From: Eledone cirrhosa
Taxonomy: Eukaryota
Direction of reading: 5' to 3'
DNA: 64,000 nucleotides
NCBI GenBank assembly: GCA_964016885.1
Contig: OZ024741.1
Location: forward strand, 228,222,001-228,286,000
Positions 11,331 through 23,787 of the stretch are shown here, piece after piece; the first letter of the stretch is position 1; each line of letters begins with the position of its first letter. The translations under genes and the position numbers were made by a program. The notes below the pieces were generated by a model that saw only the letters and a list, made by a program, of their open reading frames with translations, was not told the origin of the DNA and did not search any database.

Positions 11331-14300
11331 ATTAGTCCATTCATTCGCCATTCTCTATCATTTTTTCCAATCTTTGTCTTCTACTCGATACAGTCGTATT
11401 TTCCAAAACAAATCTTGTATTTTTGTTTATGCTTGTTAAATCATGCCCAAAATACGGGGATCTTATTTATAACCTTACCTTCTCGCTAACTACCCAACAT
11501 CCCACCCACCCGCCCCCACGCACCACCATTATTACGTGGACCAATCATAAGTCAGAGGCCTATACTATAGCTTACCTGGTTGCCTTTCGATATGATGGAT
11601 GGACTACGGAATTCTGGAGAGTTGAAGAGAGAAAAATCTGGACGCTCAGCGACAATGCCAAAGATAAAGACAAAGTCACCTCGTGGACGAGAATGCAAGC
11701 ACTCCTCCTCCTTGTTTCGGCCGCGGATGGCTAACATAACCCCATCTCCCCCACCCACACCCGCACCCCACCGCCCCCACCCTCCAAACGCAATCCAAAA
11801 CTTCAGAGTTGGTACCATGAGTGTAGGCACCTTAAAGGGTCGCTCTAACGAGGTTGTAGAAATGCTTGAACGTAAGGAGGTCGAAGTTTGTTGTATTCAA
11901 GAGACCAGGTGGAGGGGAGGGTCTGCTAGATTCATCGTGGGTAAAGAACGATGCTATAAGCTTTTCTGGGTGGGAAATGACAATGGGCTGGGTGGAGTAG
12001 GATTCATGGTAGCAGAAAAGTGGGCAGATAAGATAATAGATGTAAATAGAGTGAACGACAGAATAATTAAAATATGACTTGTCCTCAATAGAACTACGGT
12101 GACAGTAATATCTGCGTACGCACCCCAATCCGGACTGCCCGGCACTATAAAAGACAGATTCTATGAGACACTGATGCTCGCTACCTCCCAAATAACCGAC
12201 AGTGACTATATAATTATTGTAGGCGACCTAAATGGTCACGTTGGACAACATTGTGACGGCTATGACGGAATCCATGGAGGCTATGGGTTCGGTACTAGAA
12301 ATGAGGAAGGCTCCAGAATCCTGGAATTCTGTGACGCAAATAACCTAATTATCTGTAACACTAACTTCAAAAAACGAGACAATCACTTGATCACCTATAG
12401 ATCGGGGGAACACACAAGCCAGGTAGATTATATCCTTACCAGAAGACGTGACAGAGTGTCTGTTGTAAACACTAAATCGCTCCCCCATGAAGAATGCACC
12501 TCCCAACATAGACTGCTAATTAGCGACCTCATAGTCAGGACGAGACGTACTAGACAACAGAAGAGGACTATCCTCAGGAGAAAAATATGGAAACTAAAGG
12601 ACCCCACAGCCAGAAATAAATTTCAAAGCATGTTACTTGATGCTTTCGACAGTAAGGAAGAGCAATTAGAGTCGTATAATATAGAGGAACAGTGGGAATT
12701 CCTGAAAGCAAACCTGCTGACGGCGGCAGACGAAGTCTGTGGCTGGAGCAGGCCTGTAGGTTGGAGGAGAGTAACATGGTGGTGGAACAGTAAGGTGGAG
12801 GAGTCAATTAAGGCCAAAAAGCAGGCTTGGAAAGTATGGCGGGATGGGGGAAGTAGAGAAGACTATCAAGTGGCTAGGAGGGAAGATAGGAGACAAGTGT
12901 ACTTCGCAAGAAGGGAAGCAGAAGAAAGAAAGTTCAAGCATGTTCTACGTGAGGACCAAAAACGTGAGGTGTTCAGGATTGCTAGGCAATGTGTCAAGGA
13001 AAACCGTGATATTGTCGGGGAGAAGTGTGTACTTAATGATGATGGCGTACTTGCCATCACTGACGCTGATAAGAAGGTAGCTTGGAAGTGTCACTACGAA
13101 AGGCTTCTAAATGAGGAGAATAAATGGGAGAAAGACAGTCTCCCCCACACCGACCCAATAGAGGGACCGGCAGTGTTAGTCGAAGGTAGTATAATAAGTA
13201 AGGCAATCAAAGATATGAAGACGGGTAAGGCGGCTGGGGCTTCAGAAATAGTTGCTGAGTTGCTGAAAGCCTCTGGAACGGTGGGACACACCATGGTCAC
13301 CCGGATAGTAAACCAAGTCATACAGAATGGGGTTGTTCCGAAGGACTGGCGTAGCAGCATCATCATTAACTGTTACAAGGGTAAAGGATATGGCCTAGAT
13401 AGGAGTAACTATAGAGGCATTAAATTAATCGACCAGGTCATGAAGGTCACGGAAAAAGTAATAGCGCAACTAATCAGAGAGAGAATTGATCTAGATGAAA
13501 TGCAGTTCGGGCTTGTGTCAGGCAAAAGTACCACAGACGCTCTTTTCATTGTACGACAACTACAGGAGAAGTACCTAGCTAAAAGTAAACCCCTATACTT
13601 AGCTTTTGTTGACTTGGAGAAAGCCTTCGACAGAGTCCCCCATTCCATTATCTGGTGGGCTCTTAGAAAACTAGGTGTTGACGAATGGCTTGTGAGAGCT
13701 ATACAAACCATGTATAAAGAAACAGTCAGCAAGGTTAGAATTAACAACAAATATAGTGAAGAGTTTAGTGTAAAAGTTGGTGTTCATCAGAGCTCTGTTC
13801 TTAGCCCCCTACTATTTATTATTGCCCTTCAGGCTATAACAGTGGAGTTCAAGACCGGCTGCCCATGGGAACTCCTATACGCAGATGATCTAACGCTCAT
13901 AGCTGAATCAATAGCCGAGCTAGAGAAGAAATTCCAAACATGGAAGCACGACCTAGAATCAAAAGGCCTTAAAATTAACCTGGCTAAGACTAAAGTTCTA
14001 GTTTGTAGGAAAGAAAATAAGGCGCCGGTCACTTCCGGGAAATGGCCATGCTCAGTTTGTAGGAAAGGCGTAGGTAGAAACTCCATTTTATATCCCAAAT
14101 GCAAAGTATGGGTGCATAAAAGATGTAGTGGGATCACAGGTAAGCTAACTAAGAACATAGATTTTACATGTGGCCGGTGCTCTGGTGCAATAAGTAGCAG
14201 CAAGTGCCCAAAAATACTAGCTCTTTCAATTGCGCAGAGGGTTCTATAGAAATAGTGGACAGCTTCCGTTACCTGGGTGACAAAATCAGCAGCGGAGGAG

Positions 14301-15218
14301 GGTGCTCTGAAAGTACAGTAGCTAGAGTCAGAACGGGATGGAAAAAGTTCAGAGAGCTTATACCACTATTAGCCGCTAAAGGGTTCTCCCTAAAAATGAA
14401 AGGCAGGTTGTATGATGCCTGCATACGAACAGCAATGTTGCATGGCAGTGAGACCTGGGCATTGTGTGCAGAGGATATACACAGACTAGAGAGGAATGAA
14501 GCTTGCATGCTCCGCTGGATGTGTAATAGTAATATACGTGAACGGCAAAGCATAAACGAACTAAGGAAAAAATTAGAAATAAGAGGGATCAGATGTTGTT
14601 TACTCGAGAGAAGGCTACGTTGGTATGGTCACGTGATGCGCATGAAAGACGACAGCTGTATAACAAAGTGCAGGGCAATAAAGATAGACGGTAGCCACGG
14701 AGTAGGCAGACCCAGAAAAACCTGGGACGAGCTGATAAATTCCGACCTCACACACTTACACCTCTCCAAGACAATGTCACTGGACTGAGATCTTTGGTGG
14801 TACTCAGTAATAGAGAAGACACGCCTTACCTAAATACAAAGTAAAACCTACTGCAGTCAGTAGGCATCTCTAACAAAATACACCCCTGTCCCACCACCCC
14901 CACCCCATCCACACCGCCCCTTTCAATGTAAAGTTATGTTGGTGCCACAACATCCAGGCCGAAACAAATGAGATCGTGTAGGTGTCACGACAAAAAACAC
15001 ACAGTCCACGCTGTAATGTGGCCGTGTAGGCAACATGGTAAAAACCTCCCAGCCCCACACTGTAAATGTGGTTGGTGTTAGGAAGGGCATCCAGCTGTAG
15101 AAAACCCTGCCAGACAGTCCTATGCGAGCAAGACAACCACTCTTGCCTCAAGTGGGAAAACTCCCGTCCAAACCCATGCAAGCGTAGAACATGGACGTTA
15201 AACGATGATGATGATGAT
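11331..15218 (+). mobile_element. Near full-length RTE LINE (subfamily A)
   Basis: APE endonuclease + RT + PHD-like finger; (GAT)n tail; 5' boundary inferred from the flanking repeat. Confidence 0.92.
11655..14788 (+). pseudogene. RTE ORF (endonuclease-reverse transcriptase) with one in-frame stop (12075) and one frameshift (~14210)
   Basis: CIQETRW, SAYAPQ, GDLNGHVG, QVDYIL, SQHRLL (APE); FVDLEKAFDRV, SVLSPLLF, YADD, YLG (RT). Confidence 0.92.
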
Positions 15219-15639
15219 ACATGCACACATATATATATGTATGTATGGATTCACCAAACATTTATTATAATGCTCAGTGTGTTTGTAAACAAACATCCCG
15301 TATAAAGCCGTAGTGTCAAGCAACCATCGTTGTTCGTTTGTTCAACACTGACCAAGGAACGCTATACTAGTTTCAAGCTTATTAGCTATCGTCAGCAATG
15401 TATACCTTCCTGCCAGATTGTTGAACGTATATACTTACCTTATGCATATGAACAGCTGAGAAGCCCAATTTGCATATCGAGTGGGTTAATCGGCCGGGTG
15501 CACCGAAAACGATAAACGGAAAAAGTGAAACAAAATTTCATTTCCCACTCTTAGTACGGCTGTTACTTAAATATAAGTATGTACATGTACATACATATAT
15601 GTATACAGACGTACCATAGTATGTATATATATATACATA
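15219..15639 (+). repeat. Complete ~420-bp repeat unit between two RTE insertions
   Basis: Homologous to tandem copy at 31746-32284 (reverse). Confidence 0.8.
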
Positions 15640-17915
15640 GAGACCAAGAGGGAAGCTAGGCGACAAGTATACTTAGCTAGGAGGGAAGCAGAGGATAGAA
15701 AATTCAAGCATGTTTTACAACGTGAGGACCAGAAACAGGAGGTATTCAAGATTGCGAGGCAGTGTGTCAGAGATAGTTGTGATGTCATTGGAGAGAAGTG
15801 TATCCGGAATGATAAAGGTGAGCTTGCCCTCACAAGTGCTGAGAAGAAAGATGCATGGAAGAGTCATTATGATAGATTACTAAATGAGGAGAATGCATGG
15901 GAAGAAGAGACCCTACCCCACGTAGACCCTATAGAGGGACCAGCAGTACAAGTCAGCGGCAGCGTAGTAAGTAAGGCAATCAGAGATATGAAGATAGGGA
16001 AGGCAACCGGTCCATCGGGTATAGCTGCCGAGATGCTGAAGGCATCTGGGTCTGTAGGTCACACTATAACCACACGTATCGTTAACCAGGTAATACTAGA
16101 GGGGGCCATACCAAAAGATTGGTGCAGTAGCATCATTGTCAACTGCTACAAAGGTAAAGGCGATGCACTAGATAGAGGAAACTATAGAGGTATAAAGTTG
16201 ATGGACCAGGTCATGAAAGTAACAGAAAGAGTTATAGCACAGCTGATTAGGGACCGGGTGAATATAGACGAGATGCAATTTGGGTTTGTACCAGGGAAAG
16301 GCACCACTGATGCCCTCTTCCTTGTGAGGCAATTACAGGAAAAGTACCTAGCTAAAAGTAAGCCACTCTACTTGGCATTTGTCGACCTTGAGAAAGCCTT
16401 TGACAGAGTTCCACGTGCAGTAATCTGGTGGGCTCTTAGAAAACTAGGAGTAGATGAATGGCTTGTGAAAGCGGTACAAGCCATGTATAGGGGAGCAGTC
16501 AGCAAAGTTAGGATTGGCAATGAGTATAGCGAGGAATTTAGCGTACAGGTTGGGGTCCACCAGGGCTCTATTCTTAGCCCTCTCCTGTTCATCATAGTCC
16601 TGCAGGCAATAACGGAGGAGTTTAAGACCGGATGCCCATGGGAACTCCTGTATGCTGATGACCTCGCACTCATAGCTGAATCTATGGTAGAACTAGAGAA
16701 TAAATTCCAAACCTGGAAGCAGGGACTAGAGAGAAAGGGCCTCAAAGTCAACATGACAAAGACTAAGGTCCTTGTAAGTAGACGAGAAAACAGAACCCAG
16801 ATCCCCTCAGGGAAATGGCCTTGCTCAGTATGTAGGAAAGGTGTAGGTAGGAACTCCATTCTCTGCCCCAAATGCAAACAATGGGTACACAAGAGATGTA
16901 GCGGGATCTCAGGAAGCTTAATTAAGAATGTAGGATTCACATGCAGCAGCTGTGCTGAAACAGCAAGCAAACAGCCACAGGAAACAAGTACCACCAATCT
17001 CTGGGAGGGCCCTGTAGAAACAGTAGACAGCTTCTGCTACCTAGGTGACCGAATTAGCAACGGAGGTGGGTGCTCAGAAAGTACAATAACTAGGGTAAGA
17101 ACGGGATGGAAGAAGTTTAGGGAACTACTACCACTGCTAGCTGCAAAAGGCTTCTCCCTCAGAATGAAAGGCAGACTGTATGATGCGTGTATCCGAACAG
17201 CGATGTTGCATGGTAGTGAGACCTGGGCGCTGAAGGTGGAAGACTTACGTAGATTAGAGAGAAACGAAGCCTGCATGCTCCGATGGATGTGTAACAGTAA
17301 TATACGTGAACGACAAAGCATAAAGGAATTGAGAGAGAGACTGAGCATAAGAGGAATCAAATGCTGCGTGCAGGAGAGGCGGTTACGCTGGTATGGACAT
17401 GTGATGCGTATGAAGGATGACAGCTGCATAAAAAGGTGCAGAGCACTAGAAGTTGATGGAAACCGCGGAGTGGGGAGACCCAAGATGACTTGGGATGAGG
17501 TGATAAAAGCTGACCTTACCCAACTACACCTCTCAAAGTCAATGACACACGACCGTGACTTCTGGCGTCACGCAGTAATACAGGGTACCCGACCTCCCAT
17601 GGGTACATGCTGAAGCATATAAACAATATGCCCCCACTCCCCCCACCGCAAGGTGGTCGTGGAGGTGCCACGGCAAAAAAGCACCCAGCCCACACTGTAA
17701 AGTGGACGTGTAGGCGCCACGAAAAAGCACCCAGCACTCACTGTAAATGAGGTTGGTGTTAGGAAGGGCATCCAGCTGTAGAAATCAAGCCAGATCAGTT
17801 CCTGTATGAGCAAGGCATGGTCAGCCGACCAGACACTGCCCACAACAGGACAACCCGTCTAACCCATGCTAGCGTGGAAGAACGGACGTAAAACGGTGAT
17901 GATGATGATGATGAT
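15640..17915 (+). mobile_element. 5'-truncated RTE LINE (subfamily B) with open RT frame
   Basis: 541-aa ORF 15988-17613 (frame extends upstream); YADD; PHD-like finger; (GAT)n tail. Confidence 0.95.
15988..17613 (+). CDS. RTE reverse transcriptase (N-terminally truncated)
   Basis: NYRGIKL, QFGFVPGKGTTDA, FVDLEKAFDRV, GVHQGSILSPLLF, YADD. Confidence 0.88.
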   Translation: MKIGKATGPSGIAAEMLKASGSVGHTITTRIVNQVILEGAIPKDWCSSIIVNCYKGKGDALDRGNYRGIKLMDQVMKVTERVIAQLIRDRVNIDEMQFGFVPGKGTTDALFLVRQLQEKYLAKSKPLYLAFVDLEKAFDRVPRAVIWWALRKLGVDEWLVKAVQAMYRGAVSKVRIGNEYSEEFSVQVGVHQGSILSPLLFIIVLQAITEEFKTGCPWELLYADDLALIAESMVELENKFQTWKQGLERKGLKVNMTKTKVLVSRRENRTQIPSGKWPCSVCRKGVGRNSILCPKCKQWVHKRCSGISGSLIKNVGFTCSSCAETASKQPQETSTTNLWEGPVETVDSFCYLGDRISNGGGCSESTITRVRTGWKKFRELLPLLAAKGFSLRMKGRLYDACIRTAMLHGSETWALKVEDLRRLERNEACMLRWMCNSNIRERQSIKELRERLSIRGIKCCVQERRLRWYGHVMRMKDDSCIKRCRALEVDGNRGVGRPKMTWDEVIKADLTQLHLSKSMTHDRDFWRHAVIQGTRPPMGTC

Positions 17916-18120
17916 ACATGCATACATATATATATGTACGTATGGATTCACCGAACATTTATTATAATGCTCGGTGTGTTTGTAAACAAACATCCCGTAT
18001 TAAGCCGTAGTGTCCAGCAACCATAGTTGCTCGTTTGTTCAACACTGACATATATATATATAAAATTGAAAGAGTGAAGAATAACATGGTCAACACTACA
18101 AAAAAAGGGATTTATTTACA

Positions 18121-18226
18121 GTCTGACAATTGTTTCACTGATTAAGTTGTCTAAAAATTGCTGAACACTAGAAGCAGTGCCGCTCAATTTTAAATACGAT
18201 GTTAGCTTAATCAGATCATCGGAGAC
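18121..18226 (-). ncRNA. Type I hammerhead variant (CCGAUGA core, extended stem II)
   Basis: GTCT-CCGATGA-T-CTGATTAAG...CTTAATCAG-T-GAA-AC aatt GT-C-AGAC. Confidence 0.7.
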
Positions 18227-18928
18227 AACTAGAATATCCGTTAGATTTACAAATTCAAATTACAGCATCATTAATAATATTAATAATAAAGATAGAGAGA
18301 GAAAAAAAAAGAAAGAGAGATAGATAAAAGAAAGAAAGAAAAAAGAACAAGAAAAATGAGAAAGGAAAACAGAAAGATATAGATAGAGAAAAAGACAGAA
18401 AAAGACAGAGAAAGGAGGAGAGAAAGAGGAAAGAAAAGGATAAAGGAGAAAAAATGTTGTAATGTTTTGTCGTTACATATTGTTTGTGCTTGCAGAGCAA
18501 AAGAAGAAGTGGTGTTTACCTTAGCATGTTCAAGCTGCAAGAGAGATTTCTGAATCGACGCGGGAATTTTTCCCTCAGGGCGGAAGTCGAAATACATTCT
18601 CCTACGCTGGCGGCGATTGGTTGAACTGAGCCAAACAACGCACGGAGAATGTATCTATGACCCCTCGGAATGTAGGTCACTACATATTTATGTGTGTATT
18701 GGCTATTTTAATAAATTAATTTTATAATTAATTAGTTGCAAGTTATATTAGAAATGAAAATGATATAAGATAGAATAAGATAAAATAAGATAAAATGCCA
18801 GAGATGAAATAAATTTAGGGAGAGAAATAGAAAGATAGAAAGTGAAAGATAGAGATATATAAAATATGAATGTAAAATATAAGAGGTTATGATGTTGGTT
18901 CATTGATAGATGATGACAATTATAACAA

Positions 18929-19661
18929 CTAGCTAAACTACCCGTACTTTGGATGGTTCAAGCAGCTTTCGATGTAGCTCATTAAACTAAACAAAGGAAA
19001 TTTGAATACATAGAATAAAAACGTACTTTATGTAAACATGAAAACCTTAGGCACTATTCCAGCGAAATAATTAATATTTGAGCTCAGTGTCATCCGTTAT
19101 ACCATGTAACAACAGAAATCCAGTCTAGGTATACATTTTTTTGACAACAGTAAAAGTGCATCATGAAATAGAGAAGTGAAGTGAATAATAGACACTATTA
19201 TGTACAAAGCATAATATTGTAAAAGTTATGACATCACTTAATGTATGAACATCAAGCTTGAAACGATAAATTATACAATGTCAAATCCATAACTTAACTT
19301 AGTAATCTGTTAGAAATTGCTGGTTGTGAAATATATAAAATGATATTGTTAGTCTCAAGGAAGCGTACCTTTTGTTTCAAGTACAAAAAGTAAATTAAAA
19401 TCCGAATGAGCCGAATTATGAAATAACTCTTGTCTTACTTAATCACGAAAATTGACACAAATAACCAAAATCTTTTTAATGTCTCCAAAGGCCCCAATAT
19501 CGACTTTTGAAAGCCTTTGTAGATCATGTACAGGTTTTGTGCAAGGAGAAGCTCTGTAAAAAATTTCAAAGAAATCGCATGAATGGTTTAGAATATATGA
19601 GCCCTCATTAAAAATTGTCCCCACACACATACAGAAAACTTTGTCTTTATATATATACAGA
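18929..19661 (-). mobile_element. Non-autonomous Helitron
   Basis: 5' TC(TGTATATATATAAAG), 3' imperfect hairpin then CTAG, inserted between A and T. Confidence 0.65.
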
Positions 19662-20669
19662 TGATGATAATAGGATATTATAAGATATTATAATAGATCT
19701 AAGTGGTACAATTTGGGTTATGGAATAGATTGGATGAATTAGGCTGGTCTAAAGTTCTCAAATTTGGTCGCCGTTTTATGCACACAGAAAATAGTTCTTT
19801 CGATTTTACTGTTCAGTAGTATTTTGTTGTATTTTAAAATTTGGAAAAGCTCCACATTACAAAGACCACAGTGGGACATGCCAATTCTATAGGCTATTGT
19901 CGTTGATAACTTCGTCCAGCTGATTTTATATTCCAGGTTTGCATCTCTGAGTTGCCAGATTTTATTGGCGAGTGTTGTTGTATTCATGAGCTTCCTGTTA
20001 TTCAGAGTGTCTATGGACATACCACCTTTTCTTAAATTCCCCCACTGTGGAACCTATGTAGTGCCATGCTAAGCTGCCTGAATTTATAGTACATAGGTAC
20101 ACTATATTTGACTCCAGGCATCTATTTTGTAATGGGCATTTATTAGGTAGATGACAGTTACATTTAGATGCCTTCCTATGTGCAGGTTCTTAGATATGGT
20201 TTTGTATGTTGTTACGTGTGTTTGGTTGTGATGAAGTTATATGCTTGTGTTTTGTATTTGGTGTTATGGTACTTAATTGCGGGCTTCTTGTATTAAAAAT
20301 TCTCTTATAGTTAATTTTATGTATGTGCGATTCTATGTTGTTGGCAGTAGAGTATGATAGTTTGATAGTTTTTCTATTAAAGATTTTATGATATTTCTGA
20401 ATTTTAGGGAAGTGTTTGTCAACTAATTTGAAGAAAGTGTAAGGTAGTTTTGTTTCTATAGAGGAGTTAAATACTGGATTGAACCATAAGTACTTTCTAT
20501 CTCTGCATCTTCTATAGTTACTAATGGTCTTTATATTAGAATTCTGTTCAATTAATTCTTGTGCTTGTTGCCAATTTCTGTTTAGTCCTAGATTTGCTGC
20601 TTCTATAGGTGTGGATAGTGTTATTTCTATTAAGTGTGTTGCTATTTTTTGTATTTGGTATGTATTTGA

Positions 20670-21010
20670 GTTGTGATGCTGTCTCTTCTGGATGACAGAT
20701 GCAGTGCCCAGCCAGTTTCATTCGTCGGCAGGCAACTTTTTTTGAGACTGGTGGTAGTGATCTGTATAGTTCTTTATTTGTCAGCTTCTGTTTCCAAGAA
20801 ATGTTGAGAGCCATTCTCAACATACTCGTGTAACATCCGTCAAGTCTCTTGCATAGCACTTAGTCAATAGTCCACATTTCACTGCCGTAAAGCAGGGCGG
20901 ATTCAACAGTTGCTAGGAAGAGGCACTCCTTGATTTTGCGGTTTAGGTCGGACTTCCACACCTTCAGTAGCATGTGGCATGCCGACCATGCTAGTGCTTT
21001 TCTAACTTCT
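20670..21010 (-). pseudogene. RTE-X-like LINE C-terminal fragment
   Basis: VESALLYGSE, LDGCYTSMLRMALNISW, RRMKLAGHC. Confidence 0.8.
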
Positions 21011-21252
21011 AATGCTTATGCTATTTTGATTTAGGAAAAATATTGAGTACAACAAGCATTGATGATGAGTGTTCCAATTGTTCGAACAACAGAATAACTT
21101 ACTCATGCAATTTACAGTCTGTTGACAAGGCTGGTCTTTTGAAATACAGATACAGTCCAGCTGACGGGCTTCCAGTTACCGTCTATCCAATTTCACTAAC
21201 AAGGCATATGTCAATCCAAAGCTATGATGGTAAATAACACATGCCAAAGGTA

Positions 21253-21444
21253 CAGACCTGCCATCCTCTAAAAACCCAAACAGGGAGTTCCAAAAAAATG
21301 CCCCAAAACGGGGAGAAGTGAGGCAAAATGAGAAGAATTTACATAATGAAAGCTACACCCATTTTTCACAAGAGAAGACATCTCTCACCCACCCCAAAGT
21401 GGGTGGGAGATCTCCCCGTCGGACGTGGAGAGTTGACAGGTCTG
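21253..21444. mobile_element. hAT-like MITE
   Basis: TIR CAGACCTG(C)CA/TGACAGGTCTG; near-perfect 8-bp TSD CAAAGGTA/CAAAGGTG. Confidence 0.75.
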
Positions 21445-21892
21445 CAAAGGTGCCACGCAATGAGATTGAACCGGAAAGCTAATGATTGAGAAGTGAACTT
21501 CTTAAACATTCAGCTATGTAGCGTCCTCATACTGAAACATACTTGCTACACAAACACGTCGATAAACACATATATATACTAGCAGTTTAGCCCAGCGTTG
21601 CTCGGGTTTGTTCATTTTCTATGAAAAGTTACATACAGGTAAACGTGGCTTGAAGGCGAATAAGCTTATCAATTAAGTGCATAAAGCAGTTGAACCGGTT
21701 ATTAAAAGTTATGAACAAATTAGCATTTTGGACAATCAATGATGGGTTAATAATCTTCCAATAGCAAATTTAGCAGACCAATGTTGCAAGATGGTGGCCC
21801 TGATGCCGCTGGATGTCAGATCTGTCCGCCATGGGTGACCCTACCAGGAAATAGTTTTCCAGATGGCATAGTTCCAACACCTGCACCAACAT

Positions 21893-22075
21893 CTATAGCA
21901 CCTCTTTGTAAATGATATTGCGTATCATCCCTTGAGGTGTGTAAGCAAAAAGTCCATTCCTGCTCCCTAGGCGGGAACAGGCAAGATAAAGTTGGCCATG
22001 GGAAAAGCATGGCTCCCCCAAATGGATGCCCGCCACCGACAATGTTTGCCCTTGTGACTTGTTAATGGACATGGC
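21893..22075 (-). pseudogene. Helitron Pif1-like helicase C-terminus
   Basis: FAMSINKSQGQTL...CFSHGQLYLACSR...RNIIYKEVL*. Confidence 0.88.
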
Positions 22076-22084
22076 AAAAAAAAA

Positions 22085-23460
22085 TCTCGAACCGGCAGCG
22101 CTCCCCGGTAGCACTGCCAGGCCAGTGATTTTTGGAAGTTATCCATAGGTCCTGGGCTGAAAGTTCTCCGGAAGAGAGCAAACAGCTGATCTTCTTCGAC
22201 GCCCAGGATCTCTCCGAGAACGTCGTCGCTCTTCCCCCCCCCCCCACACTAGTCCTCTATAGAACGTCGTGGTGGATGTTCCACCGATACTGGTGCCCAG
22301 CTGGCAGAGGGCCGTGAACGCCTGGAGAAATTCCAGTTTTCAAGCGCTATCCCTCGGTCTTTTTCTGACCCAAGACTGCAGCTCTGTCAAGGAGACGAGC
22401 TGTGGGAAAACGTGCCTGGGGAACGGCGACCACACCTGTTCACCATCGAGGAAGCACCAGAGATGTCACAGCCTCAACGCATGTTTGCGCATCATCAGCC
22501 ATGGCATGCCCAGTCCTCCACGCAACAGGTGTTGACAGCAGATGGATCGTCTAAACATGGGAGCGCGTCCCTTCCACAAAAAGCGGAAGAGGAGGCACTC
22601 CATTTTGGTGAGAGTTCGGCCGGGGCAAGGGACGACGGTAAGGAGGTAGCAGATGACGGATGCGATGTACGCATTCGCCACCTCCGCCCGGCCTTTCAGA
22701 GACAGCTTCCTCTCGGCCCATTTCTGGGTGAGGGAAGCCACCTTGCTCGTCACCTCGTTCCAGTTTTTCTCCATCTGGAGGTCCGGTCCGAACCAGTCCC
22801 CGAGCAATTTAACCGGTCCGTCCGTCCAACGCCCCACGACGCTGTCGGACGGCATGGACTTGCCTCTCCAGGTGCCGAGCTGCAACCCCACCGACTTTTC
22901 CTGGTTTATCTTTGCTCCTGTCACCGCTTCGTATTCCATGAGAGCGGTGCCGAGCATCTGGACGTGTCTGGTGCTCGACACCACCACGGTGACGTCGTCG
23001 GCGGTAGCCGACTCGGATTTCCGCATCCAAGTTCGCGTGGGACGGCCCTCAATTCCCCCAGTTTGTGCAGTAACGGCTCGAGAGCCAATACGTACAAGAG
23101 GGACGAGAGGGGACAACCCTGGCGGATCGAGCGCATGATGCTGAACGGCTGCGACAGGTGACCATTGACCCTCACAACTGAGCAGATGTCGCTGTACATC
23201 GCAGCAATCCAACCGCTGAAAACGGGCTCGAAACCGGCTGCCTCGAGGACCGCCGCTAGGTACCGATAGTCGACCCTATCAAATGCTTTGGATTGATCCA
23301 AGTTGATCAGGGCCCCACCCGTGCTAGGTTCCTTAACCACCCTCTCTATGATGTATTGCATGAGGTGGAGGTTGTCGTGTATGGATCTGTCCGGAATGGC
23401 GCATGTATGCGCCTCTCCCACCAGACCCTTGACGACAAGCGCCAACCTCGTTGCTAAGAC
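22085..23460 (-). pseudogene. L1/Tx1-clade LINE reverse transcriptase fragment (GC-rich)
   Basis: LDQSKAFDRV, IRQGCPLSSLLY, ADDVT, GAKINQEKS, LSLKGRA, GGLGMP. Confidence 0.85.
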
Positions 23461-23787
23461 CAGTTAAATTACAGAGAAGGGGAATATACGGAACGCTCTA
23501 TTTGATCATACACATTGTTTCTTTCTGCAGTGTTGTCATATAGGGAGTGAAGAGCGACAGAGAGAGTAAAGCAGTTAAATTATAGAGAGGGGGAATGATC
23601 ATGATCGATTTTTGCCTTTATTGTTGATGGATTTGAAATTTTTTTGCTTCATGACCTTTTCCTGACTAAAAGCAATAATTGTCCCGACTTTGAATAGAAT
23701 CCGTTGGAAATTGTGGACGTGAATCCGTTACAAACCTTAACACACACATCCTCAGATTTATATATATAGATACATAGGGATTATAAA

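Larger units (their letters stand above)
18062..20670 (-). mobile_element. Degenerate Penelope-like element (Hydra-like) interrupted by a Helitron
   Basis: Linker CNCHLPNKCPLQNRC (~20115-20162); GIY-YIG C-term LANKIW...CGLC..E...LLN...E....CVH (19739-20020); HHR at 3' end. Confidence 0.75.
21579..23770 (-). mobile_element. Helitron (internally deleted) containing an L1/Tx1 fragment
   Basis: A|TCTATATATATAAA start; CCCGAGCAACGCTGGG hairpin + CTAG|T end; helicase remnant inside. Confidence 0.85.

Noticed and set aside
11640-11745. HDV-like ribozyme at the RTE 5' end (CCTCC... and GGCTAAC present)
   Set aside because: Could not build P1/P2/P3 pairing by eye; needs an RNArobo-type search.
12075-12077. 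In-frame TGA in the RTE-A endonuclease as possible recoding
   Set aside because: Not at a recognisable Cys motif; likely CGA>TGA deamination, and the copy also has a frameshift.
22412-23161. 249-aa plus-strand ORF (and other antisense ORFs over LINEs)
   Set aside because: Shadow ORFs opposite GC-rich or stop-poor retrotransposon coding sequence.
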